From positions 1 through 32,352 of the forward strand of contig JACVGW010000018.1 of NCBI GenBank assembly GCA_018992565.1: DNA of 32,352 nt. Direction: 5' to 3'. The position numbers and the translations under genes are program-made. How positions within the stretch are numbered: the stretch's first letter is position 1; each line of letters begins with the position of its first letter. Under the pieces are notes generated by a model, which saw only the letters and a list, made by a program, of their open reading frames with translations, was not told the origin of the DNA and made no database searches. Origin of the DNA: Theionarchaea archaeon (GTDB lineage Archaea > Methanobacteriota_B > Thermococci > Methanofastidiosales > SZ-28-30). Positions 28,526 through 32,352 of this stretch are shown piece by piece.

Positions 28526-28689
28526 ACTTCTCAAAAAGCCGACACTTCAGATTCACAGATCATGAGAATAAAACAGTCACACAACTGCCACGAGGTAGAA
28601 AGAGCATGGATGAAAATGAGAGTTAGAGTGAAAATAAGAGCGAAGACGAGAGTGAGAGGAAACCTTTAAAACCTCCAACCGTACCCAGG

Positions 28690-28863
28690 ATGATGAAAAT
28701 GGTGAATCTTGCGGGAGCTGCAGAACATATTATCCCGAGAATATGCTGTAAATTAAAGGAATCTCATGATACTGGTTCCGTAAAGAATTTCTGCGAGAAA
28801 CCTGTCCACGAAATCTGTGATATTAAAGCAGATTGCGAGATTCTCGATCCAAATCTGGAATAG
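28690..28863 (+). CDS. Candidate small Cys-containing protein (57 aa), below the ORF-track cutoff
   Basis: ATG 25 nt after the TATA start of AACCTTTAAAA (28661-28671); open frame ends 13 nt before the flippase ATG. Confidence 0.35.
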   Translation: MMKMVNLAGAAEHIIPRICCKLKESHDTGSVKNFCEKPVHEICDIKADCEILDPNLE

Positions 28864-28876
28864 TCAGGGGTGGACT

Positions 28877-30015
28877 ATGGATAAAGACATGGACAAAGCT
28901 GCTGTGGATTATTCACTGAGGAAGATTGCCAAAGGAGGGGGGCTACTTCTCGTGGGTACTATGTTTGGCATGTGTCTGCAAATGGTGAACAGGGTACTCA
29001 TCGTGAGGTCTATGTCCCAGGCAGACTACGGAATCTTCTCAATGGGATTAGTGATATTCACCATGGCAGGCACGTTGTCGCAAGGGGGGTTTTCCCTTTC
29101 AGTTCCCCGATTCCTTGGCTTCTATCGTGGAAAAGAGGATAAGGGAAGAATTATGGGGGTTATAAGATCTTCATTCGAGGTTGAGCTCATACTGGCAACA
29201 GGGTTTTTTGTTTCCTTGTTTCTGGGAGCAGGATTCTTGGAGGATTTCTATCATATGGAAGGGCTGACCACTTCTGTGAGAGTCTTTGCTGTGGGCCTCC
29301 CGTTTTTTATCTTAACGCAGATAATTACCGATATCTTCAGAGGGTTTGATAGGGTGACTCCTACCTTATACTTCGGCAATATTCTCCTGGCGAGCAGCAG
29401 GATTATATTTCTCCTCGTGGTGGCACTGAGGGCACCTTCCCTCTTGCATGTCGTTGTAGCATATGTGGCGGCCATGATTGTAACAGGAATACTTGCGTCC
29501 TTCTACTATGTGGAGAGGAGACCAGTCAGAGACACTGCCCCGATTACCATGAGAAAGGAGCTGTTTCTCTTTTCCATTCCCCTCTTTGGGACTGTCTTTC
29601 TTGCCCAGATTATGAAGTGGACAGATGTCCTGATGCTGGGGTATTTCGCCCGTCCAGATCAGGTGGGACTGTACAATGGGGCTATTCCTATATGTGTGCT
29701 GATACCCGTCTTCTTGAATTCTGCAGGATTCATATTCATACCCGTTCTCTCAGTATTGTATTCTCATGGGCAATTCTCGGAGATGAAGAAGACATATTCC
29801 ATATTGACGAAGTGGGTATTCTCAGCCACTCTCCCCCTGTTTCTCGTGGTCTTCATATTCGCACCTCAGGTACTCACCCTCCTGTTTGGAGCTGATTACC
29901 AGGAAGCCAGCACTGCTTTGAGAATTCTTTCTGCAGGGTATATGTTTCACGTGTCCACAGGACCTATCGGGCAGAACCTGGTGATACTGGGTAGACCACA
30001 CCTCATCCTGGTGAA
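28877..30015 (+). CDS. Oligosaccharide flippase (Wzx-like), 3' end lost in the assembly gap
   Basis: IAKGGG, SQADYG, WTDVLMLG, VGLYNGA, LFGADY motifs; start ATG 28877 after GGGGTGG. Confidence 0.88.
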
Positions 30016-30115
30016 NNNNNNNNNNNNNNNNNNNNNNNNNNNNNNNNNNNNNNNNNNNNNNNNNNNNNNNNNNNNNNNNNNNNNNNNNNNNNNNNNNNNN
30101 NNNNNNNNNNNNNNN
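30016..30115. other. Scaffold gap (100 N)
   Basis: Run of exactly 100 N, likely a placeholder of unknown true size. Confidence 1.
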
Positions 30116-30559
30116 GCCAGGTTCGGGTTCTTTTATCTCTTCTTTTTTTCCCAGCGGAATCAGAAGAACGCACCTCTTCCTTGTTCGGCTCCAGAGTTGG
30201 TTTATTGGTTCCTCAACGGAGGACAGATGAATGAGCAGAGAAATGGAGTAGACAGTATCTGCCAATGGAAATTCAGAGAGGTTGTATATATCGCCCTCCC
30301 TAAAATCAGCTTCAGGAAAGAACTTCCGTGCTTTCTCTAGCATGAAAGGGCTTGCATCCACGCCCACGTACTGAGTGATCTGCCCCTTGAGAGCATGATA
30401 CAGATGGCCCAGACCACAGCCCACATCTAGGACTGTTTCACCTTTTAAAAGACTGACAGGTATCTCCATTCGATCCAGGTTTCCCCACTTCTTGGGGTTG
30501 GTGGGGGGTCCCCAGGTATCCCTGTAGAAGCGAGCTCTTTCTTCGTTCCAGAAAGACAT
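30116..30559 (-). CDS. Class I SAM-dependent methyltransferase, 3' end lost in the gap
   Basis: VLDVGCGLG, YVGVDAS, FREGDI; ATG 30559 after SD GAGGAG. Confidence 0.85.
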
Positions 30560-30675
30560 GGTTTTTCTCCTCAAATTTCCTTTCAATCACTTGGGATTGC
30601 AGTCGCATCCTGCTCCCTTTGAACTGGTCTCATTGGGTGGTAGAACGAAATTTATAAATGTATCGATGACTCGAT

Positions 30676-30709
30676 TCTCTCTGCCCCTTTGCTCTCTCTG
30701 CCCCTTTGC
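30676..30709. repeat. Perfect 17-bp tandem direct repeat, two copies (TCTCTCTGCCCCTTTGC)
   Basis: Copies at 30676-30692 and 30693-30709. Confidence 0.95.
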
Positions 30710-30771
30710 CGGGAAGGAGTATTTATATACCACGTGCTACAGGAACAAAGACAGAGAATTGAGGTGGTAAC

Positions 30772-31794
30772 CTGAAGATACTCATCAACTACAGCAACAG
30801 GAGCTTTCGAATTGAGGAATCTTTTGGATATGCGGGCTATTCCGTAATTCAGCTTCCAAAAGAGAGAAACAGATTTCTCAGATTCCTCACCTTTGTCCAG
30901 CTCGTGAGGAAAGAAACCCCCGCATTGTTTATCATCGACTGCTCAGGCATGATTTTCATAGTGTCCTACATTATCAGCCTCTTCTATAAGATTTCTTTCA
31001 CTGCCAGAATGAGAGGGAACATATGGCAGACTTTTGAAGAACAGAAGACCTATTTAGGATTCCCGGAACTCATGTATATGTATGTCATCCTCAAACTCTG
31101 TACATATATTCTGAGAAAATCTTGCAGAGTATTTCCTGTTTCCACTGCGCTGGCAAGAGAACTTGAAGCTCATGGAGTCCAGAAGGAGAGAATAAGAATT
31201 CTACGATTTCCTGTGGATTCTGAGAAATTTCGTCCATCAGAAAAGAAGAGAGACTCAGTAACGATACTCTCAGTTACTAATTTCTCTTTCAAAGCCAAGT
31301 ACAAGGCTCTGATCTCAGTGTTGCCTCACATTGATGAGGTCCTCACGGCCCACAAGGATGTGAGGTATACTGTAGTGGGAGATGGCACGTTCTCAGACGA
31401 GTTTAAAGAAGCAATAAAGAAGATGAAGAACTCTGAGAGAGTGTCCTACGTAGGCTACCAGGAGAAAATTGAAGATGTCTTTGGAGAATCAGATATTTTC
31501 TTACATTTTTCCCGGATGGATGGGTTCCCTGCAGCTGTTGTTGAAGCCATGTCATGTGGACTTCCTGTGGTGGCGAACCCATACGAGGCCATGGTGGAGC
31601 AAATAGAACATGGGGTCACCGGGATTCTTGTGGATAGTCCATCTCTGAAAGAGACTCTGGAATTGCTGATAGAAGATGAGAAAATACGGAAGGAACTGGG
31701 TCAGCGAGGGAGGTCTTACGTCAAAGAGAAGTTCAGCAGAGAAGTGATTTCAGAGGAAATCCGGAGGGAAATAGAGGACTTAGTGCAAAAATAG
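30772..31794 (+). CDS. Glycosyltransferase family 4, probable CTG start
   Basis: DGFPAAVVEAMSCGLPVV, IEHGVTG; frame extends 44 codons upstream of GTG 30904 to CTG-AAG-ATA-CTC-ATC (MKILI) behind SD GAGGTG. Confidence 0.88.
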   Translation: MKILINYSNRSFRIEESFGYAGYSVIQLPKERNRFLRFLTFVQLVRKETPALFIIDCSGMIFIVSYIISLFYKISFTARMRGNIWQTFEEQKTYLGFPELMYMYVILKLCTYILRKSCRVFPVSTALARELEAHGVQKERIRILRFPVDSEKFRPSEKKRDSVTILSVTNFSFKAKYKALISVLPHIDEVLTAHKDVRYTVVGDGTFSDEFKEAIKKMKNSERVSYVGYQEKIEDVFGESDIFLHFSRMDGFPAAVVEAMSCGLPVVANPYEAMVEQIEHGVTGILVDSPSLKETLELLIEDEKIRKELGQRGRSYVKEKFSREVISEEIRREIEDLVQK

Positions 31795-32352
31795 TCAGTT
31801 TCGTTTTTTTGTCATTTCTGCCCACAGCATCAGTCCCAGTTTTTCAAGAAGGGGAGCTTCAAGATGAATTCTCTTCACTTTTGGTATGGAGAACAGGAAA
31901 GGTTCGATTGTTATGTTTTCCACCTCAAGGGGTTCCAAGATCTCTCTCAGGTTCTTTGCAGTGTATCTTTTCCCAAAAGTTGCTGGCCTTTTTTTGAAGG
32001 TGCCTCTTTTCACGTGTAGCGCTGCCCAGTAGAGTGTGAGGGGCGAATAGAGATAGGGAACTGTAATGACAATTCTTCCTCCAGGTCTTGCCACTCTGAC
32101 ATGCTCTTCGATGGCATTCTCCGTGCCTTCAAAGTGCTCTACCACACCAAAAGAGTAAACAAGATCAAAGAAGTCATCTCTAAATGGAATTTCTCGTGCA
32201 TCTGCCACAATGGGAGAGAATCCTTCATTCTTCAACTGTAATGCTGCATTCTCTAGGATATCTATGCCATAAGCATCTATCCCAAGGGTTTTCAAGAGGC
32301 TCATCCATCTCCCGTCCCCGTACCCCACCTCAAGAGAAGTCCTGACGGAGTT
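31795..32352 (-). CDS. Class I SAM-dependent methyltransferase, 5' end outside the window
   Basis: Frame open to the window edge and reads NSVRTSLEVGYGDG (motif I); ADAREIPFRDDFFDLV, RVARPGG. Confidence 0.9.
   Translation of the reverse strand, partial: NSVRTSLEVGYGDGRWMSLLKTLGIDAYGIDILENAALQLKNEGFSPIVADAREIPFRDDFFDLVYSFGVVEHFEGTENAIEEHVRVARPGGRIVITVPYLYSPLTLYWAALHVKRGTFKKRPATFGKRYTAKNLREILEPLEVENITIEPFLFSIPKVKRIHLEAPLLEKLGLMLWAEMTKKRN

Noticed and set aside
28611..28660. Purine-rich degenerate hexamer tract (AGAGTG-like)
   Set aside because: Low-complexity and imperfect, with no repeat-spacer structure; not CRISPR
28817..30586. ORF-track ORFs 28817-30340 and 29822-30586 spanning the N run as full-length overlapping genes
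   Set aside because: Artefact of translating through the placeholder gap; the post-gap parts are antisense to the real genes
1..32352. tRNA, rRNA, CRISPR arrays, transposases, in-frame stop recoding
   Set aside because: None recognised by eye, and the main CDSs appear uninterrupted; tRNAscan-SE and Rfam scans would be needed to exclude them formally

Overview
Chromosomal window from an archaeon. Evidence: TATA/BRE promoters, a mix of leaderless and SD-led genes, a XerA recombinase, two V4R proteins and a DUF835 signalling protein. A Thermococci-related lineage such as Theionarchaea is plausible but is inference only. About 27 genes: xerA, an M20 hydrolase, a flippase, two roadblock/LC7-type proteins, assorted enzymes and transporters (MATE, MFS, a Na/K-ATPase-like P-type ATPase), a kinase-less pseudo-REC-PAS-PAS-GAF-GAF-DUF835 protein, and from about 25.5 kb a surface-glycan cluster interrupted by a 100-N scaffold gap. 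I saw no rRNA, tRNA, CRISPR array or transposase. The most interesting signals are outside the ORF track: (i) a promoter-linked, multi-stem 5' leader with alternative SD-masking folds upstream of the MglB-like roadblock gene; (ii) a stand-alone two-hairpin small RNA candidate with its own promoter and a cUUCGg tetraloop at about 14.2 kb; (iii) a glycosyltransferase that appears to start at CTG; (iv) several uORF or leader candidates. RNA folds were paired by eye and protein families were assigned from motifs; nothing was computed or searched.
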